Positions 40,917 to 51,143 of a stretch of DNA of 64,000 nucleotides are shown piece by piece. The notes under the pieces were generated by a model that worked only from the letters and a program-made list of their open reading frames with translations, was not told where the DNA came from and did no database searches. Positions within the stretch are counted from its first letter, which is position 1, and each line of letters opens with the position of its first letter. This DNA is from Candidatus Omnitrophota bacterium. GTDB lineage: Bacteria; Omnitrophota; Gorgyraeia; Gygaellales; Profunditerraquicolaceae. Made by a program: the position numbers and the translations under genes. The stretch lies in contig JAQUQW010000002.1 of the NCBI GenBank assembly GCA_028716245.1, forward strand, positions 8,947-72,946, read 5' to 3'.

Positions 40917-42485
40917 ATGCGAAAAAAAGTCATTATTTTGGGTGGCGGGCCCAATCGTATTGGTCAAGGGATTGAATTTGATTATTGTTGCTGCCATGCG
41001 GCGTATGCCTTAAGAGAGGAAGGCATAGAAAGTATTATGGTTAACTGTAATCCTGAAACAGTATCCACTGATTATGATACCTCTGACCGGCTTTATTTTG
41101 AGCCGCTTACCTTTGAAGATATTATGAATATCATCGAAAAAGAAAAACCAATGGGGGTAATTGTGCAGTTTGGCGGACAGACTCCGTTAAACCTGGCGGT
41201 TCCTTTACTTAAAGCCGGGATTAGGCTTTTAGGGACAAGCGCTGATAGCATTGATATTGCCGAAGACCGCAAACGTTTTAAACAGATGCTCGATAAACTT
41301 GGCCTTTTGCAGCCGGTTAATGGCACGGCATTTACCTTTGAGCAGGCAAAGGAGGTGGTCAATCGAATCGGTTATCCGGTATTGGTGCGGCCTTCGTATG
41401 TGTTGGGCGGCAGGGCGATGGAGATTGCCTACGATGAGCAGGTTTTAGAAAAGTTTATTCAAGAAGCGTCGGCGGTTTCCGGAGAGCATCCGATCTTGGT
41501 TGACAAATTTTTGGAGGATGCCATAGAAATTGATGTGGACTTAGCCGGAGACGGCAAGGATTTTATAATCGGCGGGATTATGGAGCATATTGAGCAGGCC
41601 GGGGTGCATTCCGGCGACGCGGCGATGTCCCTGCCGACCTACACATTATCTACTGAAATATTAAAACAAATCCGTTTGGCGACGGTGCATATGGCCAAAG
41701 AATTACATGTGATCGGGCTGATGAATGTGCAGTACGCGGTAAAGGATGGTAAGGTTTATATTTTGGAGGTTAACCCCCGCGCTTCGCGCACCGTGCCCTT
41801 TGTTTCCAAGGTGATCGGAGTGCCTTTAGCAAAATTGGCAACCAAAGTGATGTTGGGAAAGAAACTAAAAGAATTAGGTTTTACCAAAGAAATTATTCCA
41901 AAGCACGTGGCAATCAAAGAATCGGTATTTCCTTTTAATCGTTTTCCGGGAGTAGATATAATTCTCGGGCCCGAGATGAAATCTACCGGAGAGGTAATGG
42001 GAATTGACGCGGATTTCGGCCAGGCCTATATCAAAAGCCAGTTAGCCGCCGGGCAAAAACTGCCCAAAAAAGGCAATGTCTTTATTTCCGTTAATGACCG
42101 GGATAAAAGGAATATTATTTTAATTGCCAAAAAGTTAAAGGATTTAGGTTTTAAGATCTATGCTTCAGAGGGGACGGCTGCGGCACTAGCCAAAAGCAAG
42201 ATTGCGGCTAAGGTTTTACCTAAAATATCGGAAGGCAAACCCAATGTTTTGGATTTGATGAAGGAGGGCAAGATCCAGCTGGTAATTAATACTCCTTCGG
42301 GGAGGATCCCGCGGCTGGATGAGGTAAAAATACGTTCGCAGGTTATTTTGTGCGGCATACCTTATACCACGACCATCTTTGGGGCCCAGGCCACCGTAAG
42401 CGGGATCGAGGTGCTGTTAAAGAAAAAACTCAAAGTTAAACCGCTGCAGGAATATTATAAGATAAAAGGCAGGAGAATAAAATAG
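40917..42485 (+). CDS. carB: carbamoyl-phosphate synthase large subunit, C-terminal half only (split carB: second ATP-grasp plus MGS-like domain)
   Basis: 522 aa. CPSase large-chain C-half signatures (IEFDYCCCHAAYAL, MNVQYAVKDGKVYILEVNPRASRTVPFVSK) and C-terminal MGS-like allosteric domain. No N-terminal half or carA in the window. Confidence 0.8.
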   Translation: MRKKVIILGGGPNRIGQGIEFDYCCCHAAYALREEGIESIMVNCNPETVSTDYDTSDRLYFEPLTFEDIMNIIEKEKPMGVIVQFGGQTPLNLAVPLLKAGIRLLGTSADSIDIAEDRKRFKQMLDKLGLLQPVNGTAFTFEQAKEVVNRIGYPVLVRPSYVLGGRAMEIAYDEQVLEKFIQEASAVSGEHPILVDKFLEDAIEIDVDLAGDGKDFIIGGIMEHIEQAGVHSGDAAMSLPTYTLSTEILKQIRLATVHMAKELHVIGLMNVQYAVKDGKVYILEVNPRASRTVPFVSKVIGVPLAKLATKVMLGKKLKELGFTKEIIPKHVAIKESVFPFNRFPGVDIILGPEMKSTGEVMGIDADFGQAYIKSQLAAGQKLPKKGNVFISVNDRDKRNIILIAKKLKDLGFKIYASEGTAAALAKSKIAAKVLPKISEGKPNVLDLMKEGKIQLVINTPSGRIPRLDEVKIRSQVILCGIPYTTTIFGAQATVSGIEVLLKKKLKVKPLQEYYKIKGRRIK

Positions 42486-42486
42486 C

Positions 42487-43287
42487 ATGCCGGAATTACC
42501 GGAAGTAGAGACAATTAAGCGTGATCTTCGGAAGATAATTACAGGTAAGAAGATTATCAGGATTGATATAAATAATCCCAAAGTCATAAGAGAGCCTGCG
42601 CCTTCGGCCTTTAAGAAGTCTTTAGAGGGGCAAGCCATAAAGAATATCTTGCGCCGGGCAAAACTACTGATTTTTAAATTATCTAATGGTCTGGATCTGG
42701 CTGTACACCTGAAAATGACTGGTCAACTAGTCTATCCCGGAGGCAGCAGCAAGAGCAGGTTAGCCATCCGTTTTTCAGATGGCACAATCTTAGATTTCAA
42801 TGATCAGCGTTTATTCGGAGAATTGCGCCTCGTTGGCAATTGGAAAAAATTAAAATTTGTCCAGGGGCTGGGGCCTGAACCATTTGATTTGACTTTCGCC
42901 GGTTTTAAGGATATGCTCTCCAAGAGAAAAACTAAAATCAAGCCGCTGCTTATGGACCAGTCATTTGTCTCCGGGATCGGCAATATTTATGCCGCCGAGA
43001 TTTTATTCCGGGCAAAGATTGATCCGCGCAGAACCGCATTGAGTTTAACCGAAAAAGAAAAACAAACTTTATATAGAGAAATAAAAGATGTATTAAACAG
43101 CGCGATCAGGCACGGCGGCTCCTCGGTGGATGATTATGTCCGCCTTTCCGGAAAACCGGGGGATTACCGGCGTTTTCATCGGGTTTATGACCGGGTGGGT
43201 AAGTCCTGTTTTGTTTGCCGCAGCCCGATCAAAAAAATTACGCAAGGAGGAAGGGGCACTTATTTTTGCGGTAGGTGCCAAAAATAA
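42487..43287 (+). CDS. mutM: formamidopyrimidine-DNA glycosylase
   Basis: 266 aa. MPELPEVE N-terminus (Pro2 nucleophile), H2TH, C-terminal CxxC...CxxC zinc finger. Confidence 0.85.
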   Translation: MPELPEVETIKRDLRKIITGKKIIRIDINNPKVIREPAPSAFKKSLEGQAIKNILRRAKLLIFKLSNGLDLAVHLKMTGQLVYPGGSSKSRLAIRFSDGTILDFNDQRLFGELRLVGNWKKLKFVQGLGPEPFDLTFAGFKDMLSKRKTKIKPLLMDQSFVSGIGNIYAAEILFRAKIDPRRTALSLTEKEKQTLYREIKDVLNSAIRHGGSSVDDYVRLSGKPGDYRRFHRVYDRVGKSCFVCRSPIKKITQGGRGTYFCGRCQK

Positions 43288-43290
43288 TCC

Positions 43291-43998
43291 ATGAAAAAAC
43301 GCCTGAAGATTAACGGAATAATTATGGGTTGTGCCGGTATTTTGATTGTATTGTTTCCCGGTGTTTTTCTCCGCGGATACTCAGGGGCTGCCGGAGATGG
43401 CTGGATCAGGCTTTTGGGTTTTGCCCTTATTTTCTTAGGCCAGATCATCCGGGTTTCGGCCCGAGGCTATAAAGCTGAGCATTCCGATCAAAGCCAGGCA
43501 TTAATCCAGGGCGGGCCGTATCAGCTCGTGCGTAATCCCATGTATCTGGGGATATTTTTAATCGGCCTGGGCGTGGTCCTGGCGGTATTCCGATGGTGGG
43601 CGGTAGCAATTTTTGTTACTGTTTTTATTATCCGCTATTTACTGCTGATCTATAAAGAGGAAAAAAAACTTTTAACAATATTCCCGGTAACCTATCAAGA
43701 GTATTGCCGAAAAGTCCCGCGGATTTTTCCTTCATTATCCGGCCTGATAAAATTAGACATCGGAGATTATTTACCAATAAAGATAATCTGGTTTCAGAAA
43801 GAGATCGGCTCGATTGTGGCGCTCCTTTTGCTTACTCTGCTGGTAGCATCTTGGGAGGAAATCTCCGGGAAAGGATTTAACGCCTATCTTCAGCAGCTGC
43901 TCTGGTTATTTTTAACTCTTACTTTATTTGTATTTTTAGTGATTTTACTTAGCCGGTGGACTAAGAAAATAGATGAAAACAGCGCAAATAAAAGCTAA
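43291..43998 (+). CDS. membrane methyltransferase of the isoprenylcysteine carboxyl methyltransferase / phospholipid methyltransferase family
   Basis: 235 aa, polytopic. GGPYQLVRNPMYLG and EEKKLLTIF...YQEYCRKVP are ICMT/PEMT-family hallmarks. Extra C-terminal TM segments. Confidence 0.55.
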   Translation: MKKRLKINGIIMGCAGILIVLFPGVFLRGYSGAAGDGWIRLLGFALIFLGQIIRVSARGYKAEHSDQSQALIQGGPYQLVRNPMYLGIFLIGLGVVLAVFRWWAVAIFVTVFIIRYLLLIYKEEKKLLTIFPVTYQEYCRKVPRIFPSLSGLIKLDIGDYLPIKIIWFQKEIGSIVALLLLTLLVASWEEISGKGFNAYLQQLLWLFLTLTLFVFLVILLSRWTKKIDENSANKS

Positions 43999-44749
43999 GT
44001 TAATTTCCAATCACAGATTCAGCGGTAATTATTGGCATTTGGAATTTGAGTCGGGGGTAATTGCCAAAAACGCCCAACCAGGGCAGTTTGTGAATATCAG
44101 GGTTAGCGACGGACTTGAGCCGTTATTAAGAAGGCCGGTTAGTATTCACAGGGTAAAGGGGGCAAAGGTTAAACTTTTTTATGAGGTTGTCGGAGCAGGC
44201 ACGCAGGTTTTATCCCAAAGAAAACCCGGCGAGCTTCTGGATATGATCGGCCCGCTGGGTAATGGGTTTGATTACCGGGGAGCAATTAAAGCAAAAGCAG
44301 GAAAAAATATTTTAATTGCCGGAGGCATGGGGGTTGCCCCGCTTGTTTTTCTGGCTGAAAAGATAAAATTAAGCAAGCCTTTAGTTTTAATCGGAGCCAG
44401 GACAAAAAAACAGATTCTTTGCGCGCGGGAATTTAAGGCTTTAGGATGCGGTGTGGAGTTAGCTACCGATGACGGTTCAGCCGGGTTTAAGGGCAAGGCC
44501 ACGGATTTATTAAAAATTGTTTTAGTGCAAGCCAAGCCGTTGGGATTATTTTCTTGCGGCCCGCGTCCGATGTTAAAAGCGGTGAGTGAAATTGCCCGGG
44601 AAAATAAAATCCCTGCGCAACTTTCTTTAGAAGAGCATTTGGCCTGTGGTATCGGTGCTTGTTTAGGCTGCGTTGTTTCTACTAAAATCGGTTATAAACG
44701 GGTTTGTAAAGACGGCCCGGTTTTTTCAAGCCAGGAGTTAACATGGTAA
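43973..44749 (+). CDS. pyrK: dihydroorotate dehydrogenase electron-transfer subunit
   Basis: 258 aa. FAD/NAD-binding ferredoxin-reductase fold and C-terminal Cys cluster CGIGACLGCVV for 2Fe-2S. Confidence 0.8.
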   Translation: MKTAQIKAKLISNHRFSGNYWHLEFESGVIAKNAQPGQFVNIRVSDGLEPLLRRPVSIHRVKGAKVKLFYEVVGAGTQVLSQRKPGELLDMIGPLGNGFDYRGAIKAKAGKNILIAGGMGVAPLVFLAEKIKLSKPLVLIGARTKKQILCAREFKALGCGVELATDDGSAGFKGKATDLLKIVLVQAKPLGLFSCGPRPMLKAVSEIARENKIPAQLSLEEHLACGIGACLGCVVSTKIGYKRVCKDGPVFSSQELTW

Positions 44750-45678
44750 AACAGGCCAAGCCCGATTTAAGCGTAAGCATAGGCAAACTTAAACTGAAAA
44801 ATCCGGTAATGGTGGCCAGCGGGACATTCGGCTATGCCGAAGAATTCAGGGATTTTGTCGACCTGAAAAAACTGGGAGCCATTGTTACCAAAACCATTAC
44901 GATTAAGGCCCGCTACGGGAACTTTCCTCCCCGAACCTGCGAAACTCCTGCCGGCATGCTTAATTCTATCGGCCTGGAAAATCCCGGAATTAATAAATTT
45001 ATCAAAGAGAAGCTTCCTTTCTTAAAAAAGCTAACTATCCCGATTATTGTCAGTATTGCCGCCGAAGAAAGCCCGGATGAGTTTGCTATTTTGGCCAAAC
45101 AACTGGACAGTATTGATGAAGTTTCCGCAATTGAACTAAATATATCCTGTCCCAACCTGCATAAGGATAAATTGATTTCCCAAGATGCCAAGGACACCTT
45201 TGAATTAGTCAGCTCAGTACGTAAGCTTACGCGGAAATGCTTAATCACCAAGCTGTCGCCCAATGTAATCTCCATCAGCGAAATCGCTTTGGCGGCCCAA
45301 GACGCCGGCAGCGATGCGGTAGCCTTAATCAATACCCTTGGCGGCATGAGTATAGATGTAAATAAGCGTGTTCCTAAATTAGGTTCTTGGGCAGGAGGCT
45401 TAAGCGGCCCGGCAATCCGGCCCGTAGCCGTTAAGATGGTCTGGGAGGCTTATAATAAGATTAAGATTCCCATTATCGGTATGGGTGGTATAATGGATAC
45501 AGCAAGCGCTTTGGAATTTTTGATTGCCGGCTCTAGCGCAATCAGCATCGGGACAGCAAACTTTATTAATCCCAAAGCCAGTTTGGAGATTATCTGCGGA
45601 TTGGAACAATATATGGCGGACAATAATATTCAGGATTTAAGCAAGCTTACGGGAAAATTAAAAGCGTGCCAAGATTAA
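44743..45678 (+). CDS. pyrD: dihydroorotate dehydrogenase (class 1B) catalytic subunit
   Basis: 311 aa. NPVMVASGTFGY, LNISCPN, IIGMGGI motifs. Confidence 0.85.
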   Translation: MVKQAKPDLSVSIGKLKLKNPVMVASGTFGYAEEFRDFVDLKKLGAIVTKTITIKARYGNFPPRTCETPAGMLNSIGLENPGINKFIKEKLPFLKKLTIPIIVSIAAEESPDEFAILAKQLDSIDEVSAIELNISCPNLHKDKLISQDAKDTFELVSSVRKLTRKCLITKLSPNVISISEIALAAQDAGSDAVALINTLGGMSIDVNKRVPKLGSWAGGLSGPAIRPVAVKMVWEAYNKIKIPIIGMGGIMDTASALEFLIAGSSAISIGTANFINPKASLEIICGLEQYMADNNIQDLSKLTGKLKACQD

Positions 45679-46361
45679 ATAAGCCTCAAATCATACTTGC
45701 TTTAGATGTGGATACGATAAAAGAGGCTAAGAGTTTTGTAGATAAGCTTTATCCCAGAATAAAAATCTTTAAGGTTGGCAGCCAGCTTTTTACTGCTTAC
45801 GGGCCAAAGATTATTGAGTTAATACATAAAAAAGGCGCCGAGGTTTTTTTGGATCTTAAATACTTTGATATTCCTAATACCGTTGCTCAGGCTACAGCCG
45901 CGGCAGGACGTCTTAAAGTAAAGATGTTTACTTTGCATATTTCCGGAGGCAAAGAAATGATTGAGGCTGCCGTAGCATCAGCCAGGCATCAGGCAAAAGT
46001 ATCCGGATTAAGAAGGCCGCTGTTAATCGGAGTTACGGTTTTAACCAGCCAAAAAGCTCACCCCGCAGAAGTTTTAAAATTAGCGCGACAGGGATTAGCC
46101 TCCGGACTAGACGGAGTTGTTTGTTCGGTGCGCGAGGCAGCTGCCCTACGGAAAAAAATAAAAAATAAATTTGTAATGATTACTCCGGGGATAAGGCTTA
46201 ATGGTTCTCTTCAAGACGACCAGAAGAGGACGGCTACGGTAAAGGAAGCGGTAAAAGCCGGGAGCGATTTTTTAGTTATCGGCAGGCCGATTTTAAAAGC
46301 AGCGGACCCGCTTAAAAAGGCAAAAGAACTTTTGGGAGACTTACATGGCGCAGGAAATTAA
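45666..46361 (+). CDS. pyrF: orotidine 5'-phosphate decarboxylase
   Basis: 231 aa. ILALDV...FKVGSQLF and DLKYFDIPNT motifs. Confidence 0.8.
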   Translation: MPRLNKPQIILALDVDTIKEAKSFVDKLYPRIKIFKVGSQLFTAYGPKIIELIHKKGAEVFLDLKYFDIPNTVAQATAAAGRLKVKMFTLHISGGKEMIEAAVASARHQAKVSGLRRPLLIGVTVLTSQKAHPAEVLKLARQGLASGLDGVVCSVREAAALRKKIKNKFVMITPGIRLNGSLQDDQKRTATVKEAVKAGSDFLVIGRPILKAADPLKKAKELLGDLHGAGN

Positions 46362-46947
46362 AGATTTGATCGCAAAGATCCAGCAGGAAGGGGTAAAGGC
46401 AGCCCAAGAGCAGGCAGCCCAAATTAAAGCCCAAGCGGATTTGCAGGCCAAAGAAATAATTAGCGTGGCAAAAATTGAGGCCAAGCGGATTATTGAAAAC
46501 GCGGATGCCCAGGCAAAAAAACTTGATGCTTCCACCAACGCCTCTTTACAACAGGCCGGCCGGGATTTACTGATCAGTTTAAGGAAAGAAATCAATTCCG
46601 TCTTGGGTAACTTGATTAAGGCAGAACTTGGCCGGGCCCTGACTGCGGAAGAATTGGCCGGAATTATCGGCTCCCTGATTAAAAGCGCGCCGCTTTCTTT
46701 AAACTCCGAAATCGTTGTTTCTTTAAATGAAAAAGATAAAGAAAAATTAGAGAAGGGGTTTTTCAAACATTTAGCGCAGGAAACCAAGAAACAAATAATT
46801 TTAAAATCTACCGACGGCATTGATCGCGGATTTGTGATCAGCTTTGACGCGGGAAAATCCATCTTTGATTTTAGCGATACTGCCCTGACAGAGTATATAA
46901 CCGGTTCCTTAAAACCCGAATTGGATAAAATTTTAAAATCCGGATAA
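46345..46947 (+). CDS. atpE: V-type ATP synthase subunit E
   Basis: 200 aa. Alanine/lysine/glutamine-rich helical stalk protein at the head of the V-ATPase operon. Confidence 0.7.
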   Translation: MAQEIKDLIAKIQQEGVKAAQEQAAQIKAQADLQAKEIISVAKIEAKRIIENADAQAKKLDASTNASLQQAGRDLLISLRKEINSVLGNLIKAELGRALTAEELAGIIGSLIKSAPLSLNSEIVVSLNEKDKEKLEKGFFKHLAQETKKQIILKSTDGIDRGFVISFDAGKSIFDFSDTALTEYITGSLKPELDKILKSG

Positions 46948-47481
46948 ATGGCCTCTTATTATACATATTTGATTTCCAGCCTGCCGATACTTAATTTTTC
47001 TATAAAGATGCCTTTTAGTTTAAAGGTTTTTTTTGCTAAGTGTAAGGGTTTAATTCCGGAAACAGAAATTGAAATTTTACATAACGCCTGTTATCAAGAC
47101 ATCGATTTTTTAAATACAACAGCAGGGGGGTGTTTAAAGAAATGGGTAAATTTTGAAGTAACCCTGAGAAATGAGCTGGCTCGCGTTAGAGCCAGGGGTA
47201 AAAAGATCGATCCCGCAAAATTTATCCGGTTTCCTGACCACCCGCAATTCCATATCAGCCACGTGGCAATGGCCGCGCACCGGCACAGCGCCAATGTATT
47301 GGAAGCGGAAAAGATCCTGGACCAGGAGAGGTGGGATTTTTTAGAACAGCTGTCTTTTGGGCATTATTTTGATTTTGATTTCTTATTGATTTACGCGTTA
47401 AAGCTTAAAATCCTGGAGCGCTGGGATAAGGCCGCTAATGCGGATAAAGGGCATTTATTTGACGCGGTATTTTTAGATTAA
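46948..47481 (+). CDS. V-ATPase-operon-associated hypothetical protein (DUF2764-like; occupies the slot of subunit C/F/G in other V/A-ATPase operons)
   Basis: 177 aa. No recognisable catalytic motif. Position between E and A mirrors the Chlamydia/spirochaete operon layout as I recall it. Confidence 0.4.
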   Translation: MASYYTYLISSLPILNFSIKMPFSLKVFFAKCKGLIPETEIEILHNACYQDIDFLNTTAGGCLKKWVNFEVTLRNELARVRARGKKIDPAKFIRFPDHPQFHISHVAMAAHRHSANVLEAEKILDQERWDFLEQLSFGHYFDFDFLLIYALKLKILERWDKAANADKGHLFDAVFLD

Positions 47482-47488
47482 ATTCATT

Positions 47489-49228
47489 ATGGAAAAAAAG
47501 AGAACCGGCAGCGTTGTTAAGGTTAACGCCAACATGGTTACCGCCCAGGTTGACGGCAATATCATCCAAAATGAGGTTGCCTATATTATTCACGGGCAGG
47601 AGCGCTTAAAAGCGGAAGTTATCCGCGTACGCGCCAATCAGGCGGAGATGCAAGTTTATGAAAGTACGCAGGGTTTAAAAGTCGGCGATCTTGTAGAGTT
47701 TAGCAATGAACTTCTCTCTGTAGAGCTTGGCCCCGGTTTATTGGGCCAAATCTTTGATGGGCTGCAGAATCCCCTGCCCGCGCTGGCTCAAAAATGCGGA
47801 TTTTTCTTAAAACGCGGCGTCTATCTTGAGGCTCTCAGCGACCAGGCGCAATGGGATTTTACCCCTTTGGTAAAACCAAAAGATAAGGTCTTAGCCGGCA
47901 GCTGGCTGGGTTTTGTCCCTGAGAAATTTTTTAAACATTATATTATGGCTCCGTTTATGCTTACCGGTTCCCTGGAGGTGGTAAGCATTGCTCCGGCCGG
48001 TAAATATAATTTAAAACAGCCGATTGCCCAGCTTAGAGATTCTACCGGGCACATCCACGATGTTTTTTTACAACAGAGCTGGCCGGTAAAAATACCGATT
48101 CGTGCCTACGCGGAAAAAATAAGGCCGCATGAACCGCTGGTAACCAAAATGCGCCTGATCGATTCGCTTTTTCCGGTCAGCCGCGGAGGCACATATTGTA
48201 TTCCCGGCCCCTTTGGCGCCGGGAAAACCGTCTTACAACAGTTGACCAGCCGCCACGCGGAAGTGGACATCGTCATTATTGCCGCCTGCGGAGAACGCGC
48301 CGGAGAAGTTGTCGAAACATTAAAAACTTTTCCCGAGTTAATCGATCCGCGCACGGATAAACCGCTGATTGACCGCACGGTAATTATCTGTAATACCAGC
48401 TCGATGCCGGTTGCCGCCCGCGAATCCAGCGTCTATACCGCGGTGACCATCGCGGAATACTACCGCCAGATGGGCCTGAATGTTTTATTGCTTGCCGATT
48501 CTACTTCCCGGTGGGCCCAGGCGATGCGCGAGATGAGCGGACGCCTCGAGGAGATTCCGGGGGAAGAAGCGTTTCCGGCATACCTGGAGTCGCGGATTGC
48601 CTCTTTTTATGAACGGGCCGGGGTCGTCAGGCTTTACGGCGGCGCAACCGGTTCGGTAACCATAGGCGGCACGGTCAGCCCTGCCGGAGGAAATTTTGAG
48701 GAACCGGTTACCCAGGCAACGCTAAAAGTAGTCGGCGCTTTTCACGGGCTTTCGCGCGAACGTTCCGATGCCCGAAAATATCCGGCCATCGACCCGTTAA
48801 TCAGCTGGAGTAAATATAAGAGTATCGTTGACCCCCGGCATCAGGAAAAAGGCCGCTCGATTTTACAGCGCAGCCACGAAATCGCGCAAATGATGAAAGT
48901 TATCGGCGAAGAAGGCACTTCGTTAAATGATTATATCGAGTATTTAAAGGGGGAGTTTTTTGATTTTATTTATCTGCAGCAGAATGCCTTTGATCCGGTT
49001 GATGAGGCCACATCCCAAGAGCGGCAGATTTATTTATTCGCCTTTATTTGCGATATCCTGGACTCAGAGTATAAATTGGAAAATAAAGAAAGCGCCCTGC
49101 ATTTTTTTCAAGCCTTGCGCCAGCTTTTCCGCGGCTGGAACTCCACTGAATATAACAGCAAGGAATTTGAAGAGATCGAGGAAAAAATAGCCATATTTTT
49201 GGAAGAGAAAATAATTAAAGCCGTATAA
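47489..49228 (+). CDS. atpA: V-type ATP synthase catalytic subunit A
   Basis: 579 aa. Walker A GPFGAGKT, non-homologous insert region, DSTSRWAQA motif. Confidence 0.9.
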   Translation: MEKKRTGSVVKVNANMVTAQVDGNIIQNEVAYIIHGQERLKAEVIRVRANQAEMQVYESTQGLKVGDLVEFSNELLSVELGPGLLGQIFDGLQNPLPALAQKCGFFLKRGVYLEALSDQAQWDFTPLVKPKDKVLAGSWLGFVPEKFFKHYIMAPFMLTGSLEVVSIAPAGKYNLKQPIAQLRDSTGHIHDVFLQQSWPVKIPIRAYAEKIRPHEPLVTKMRLIDSLFPVSRGGTYCIPGPFGAGKTVLQQLTSRHAEVDIVIIAACGERAGEVVETLKTFPELIDPRTDKPLIDRTVIICNTSSMPVAARESSVYTAVTIAEYYRQMGLNVLLLADSTSRWAQAMREMSGRLEEIPGEEAFPAYLESRIASFYERAGVVRLYGGATGSVTIGGTVSPAGGNFEEPVTQATLKVVGAFHGLSRERSDARKYPAIDPLISWSKYKSIVDPRHQEKGRSILQRSHEIAQMMKVIGEEGTSLNDYIEYLKGEFFDFIYLQQNAFDPVDEATSQERQIYLFAFICDILDSEYKLENKESALHFFQALRQLFRGWNSTEYNSKEFEEIEEKIAIFLEEKIIKAV

Positions 49229-49230
49229 AT

Positions 49231-50526
49231 ATGCAAAAAGCCTACACTAATATTATTCAAATAGCCGGGGATGTTATTACCGTCCAGGCCCAGGGCGTGG
49301 GGTACCTGGATATCGCCCAGATTACCTGCGGCCGGAGCGTTTCTTTGGCCCAGGTTATCCGCATCGATTCGACAAAAGTATCTTTGCAGGTTTTTGCCGG
49401 CAGCCGCGGAATATCGACGCAGGATAAGGTAAGGTTCTTGGGCCATCCGATGCGCGTGGCCACCGGAGAAAATCTATTGGGCCGCATCTTTAACGGCAGC
49501 GGCCTGCCCCTGGATCGCGGGCCAGTGCTTTCTGAAAACTTAACGGCAATCGGGGCGCCTTCCGTAAACCCGGTCAGGAGAATTATTCCCAATAAAATTA
49601 TCCGCACCGGTATTCCAATGATCGATGTTTTTAATTCACTGGTAGAATCACAAAAGCTTCCGGTTTTTTCAATTGCCGGGGAGCCTTATAATGAGCTTCT
49701 GGCGCGCATTGCCATCCAGGCAGAAATAGATACGATTATTTTAGGCGGGATGGGTTTAAAATATGACGATTTTCTTTTCTTTCGGGAAACATTAAACGCC
49801 CACGGCGCCCTTTCGCGTTGCGTATTTTTTATCCACACCGCGGCTGACCCTACCGTTGAGTGTTTACTTGTGCCGGATATCAGCTTAGCCGTGGCCGAAG
49901 ATTTCGCTTTAAAAGGCAAGCGGGTATTGGTTTTATTAACCGATATGACTAACTTCGCCGATTCTTTGAAAGAAATTTCGATTACCATGGAGCAGGTTCC
50001 TTCTAACCGCGGCTATCCCGGGGATCTTTACAGCCAGCTTGCCGCCCGGTATGAAAAAGCGGTTGATTTCGAAGGGGCAGGTTCAATTACCATCCTGGCT
50101 GCCACGACAATGCCCGGAGATGATGTGACGCATCCGGTCCCGGATAATACCGGCTATATCACCGAAGGCCAATTCTACTTGAAGTCCGCGGTTATTGAGC
50201 CGTTTGGGTCATTAAGCCGCTTAAAGCAGCAGGTAAACGGTAAAACCCGCCCGGACCATCGCACGATTATGGATACGATGATCCAGCTCTTTGCCAATTA
50301 CCGGGAAACCCTGGAGAAACAAGCAATGGGGTTCCAGATGAGCGCCTGGGATAAGAAATTACTTAAATACGGTTTGCTTTTTGAAGAGAATATGATGTCG
50401 CTTAAGGTAAATATCCCTTTGGAAAAAGCCCTGGATTTAGGCTGGCAGATTTTAGCGGATTGTTTTTCTCCCGAGGAAACCGGGATAAAGCTTTCGATTA
50501 TTGAGCAGTTTTGGCCGAAAGACTAA
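49231..50526 (+). CDS. atpB: V-type ATP synthase subunit B
   Basis: 431 aa. A/B-family fold without a complete P-loop. [18 protein letters not shown] motif. Confidence 0.9.
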   Translation: MQKAYTNIIQIAGDVITVQAQGVGYLDIAQITCGRSVSLAQVIRIDSTKVSLQVFAGSRGISTQDKVRFLGHPMRVATGENLLGRIFNGSGLPLDRGPVLSENLTAIGAPSVNPVRRIIPNKIIRTGIPMIDVFNSLVESQKLPVFSIAGEPYNELLARIAIQAEIDTIILGGMGLKYDDFLFFRETLNAHGALSRCVFFIHTAADPTVECLLVPDISLAVAEDFALKGKRVLVLLTDMTNFADSLKEISITMEQVPSNRGYPGDLYSQLAARYEKAVDFEGAGSITILAATTMPGDDVTHPVPDNTGYITEGQFYLKSAVIEPFGSLSRLKQQVNGKTRPDHRTIMDTMIQLFANYRETLEKQAMGFQMSAWDKKLLKYGLLFEENMMSLKVNIPLEKALDLGWQILADCFSPEETGIKLSIIEQFWPKD

Positions 50527-51143
50527 TGGCAAAAATAAAATTTACCAAAGGCGAATTAAAAAGGCAGCGCGACGCCCTAAAACAATTTCAGCGCTACCTG
50601 CCCACCTTGCAGTTAAAGAAACAGCAGTTACAGCTGGAGATCCTGCAGCAGAATTCCGTCCTGGAAGCAAAGAAACAGGCTTTGTCCAAAAAAAGGCAGG
50701 CAATTGATCTTTGGTCCGGTTTGCTTGCAGACCCGCTGGTAGATTTGAAAACATATTTAAAGCCGGAAAAAATCATTACCCACCCTAAAAATATCGCTGG
50801 TACGGATATCCCCGTATTTGACGGGGTGGAATTTGCCGCGCCGGATTACGATTTATTTCTTATGCCTCTGTGGCTTGATTTTGCGGTTGAGGCCTTCAGG
50901 GAAATTTTTATTTTAAATAAAGAGGTAGCGCTAGCTGAGGAAAGCATTGCTATCCTAAGGCATGATCTGCGCATCACTACGCAAAGAGTCAATCTTTTTG
51001 AGAAAGTAAAGATTCCACTTGCCGAGGAAAATATCCGCCTGATTAAGATTTATATCGGGGACCAGATGGCTAACGCCGTAGGCCGCAGTAAAATTGCCAA
51101 GAAAAAGATCGAAGAAGCGGTTTTTGCGGGAGGACTAGTATGA
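50511..51143 (+). CDS. atpD: V-type ATP synthase subunit D
   Basis: 210 aa. Coiled-coil central stalk ([33 protein letters not shown]). Confidence 0.8.
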   Translation: MAERLMAKIKFTKGELKRQRDALKQFQRYLPTLQLKKQQLQLEILQQNSVLEAKKQALSKKRQAIDLWSGLLADPLVDLKTYLKPEKIITHPKNIAGTDIPVFDGVEFAAPDYDLFLMPLWLDFAVEAFREIFILNKEVALAEESIAILRHDLRITTQRVNLFEKVKIPLAEENIRLIKIYIGDQMANAVGRSKIAKKKIEEAVFAGGLV

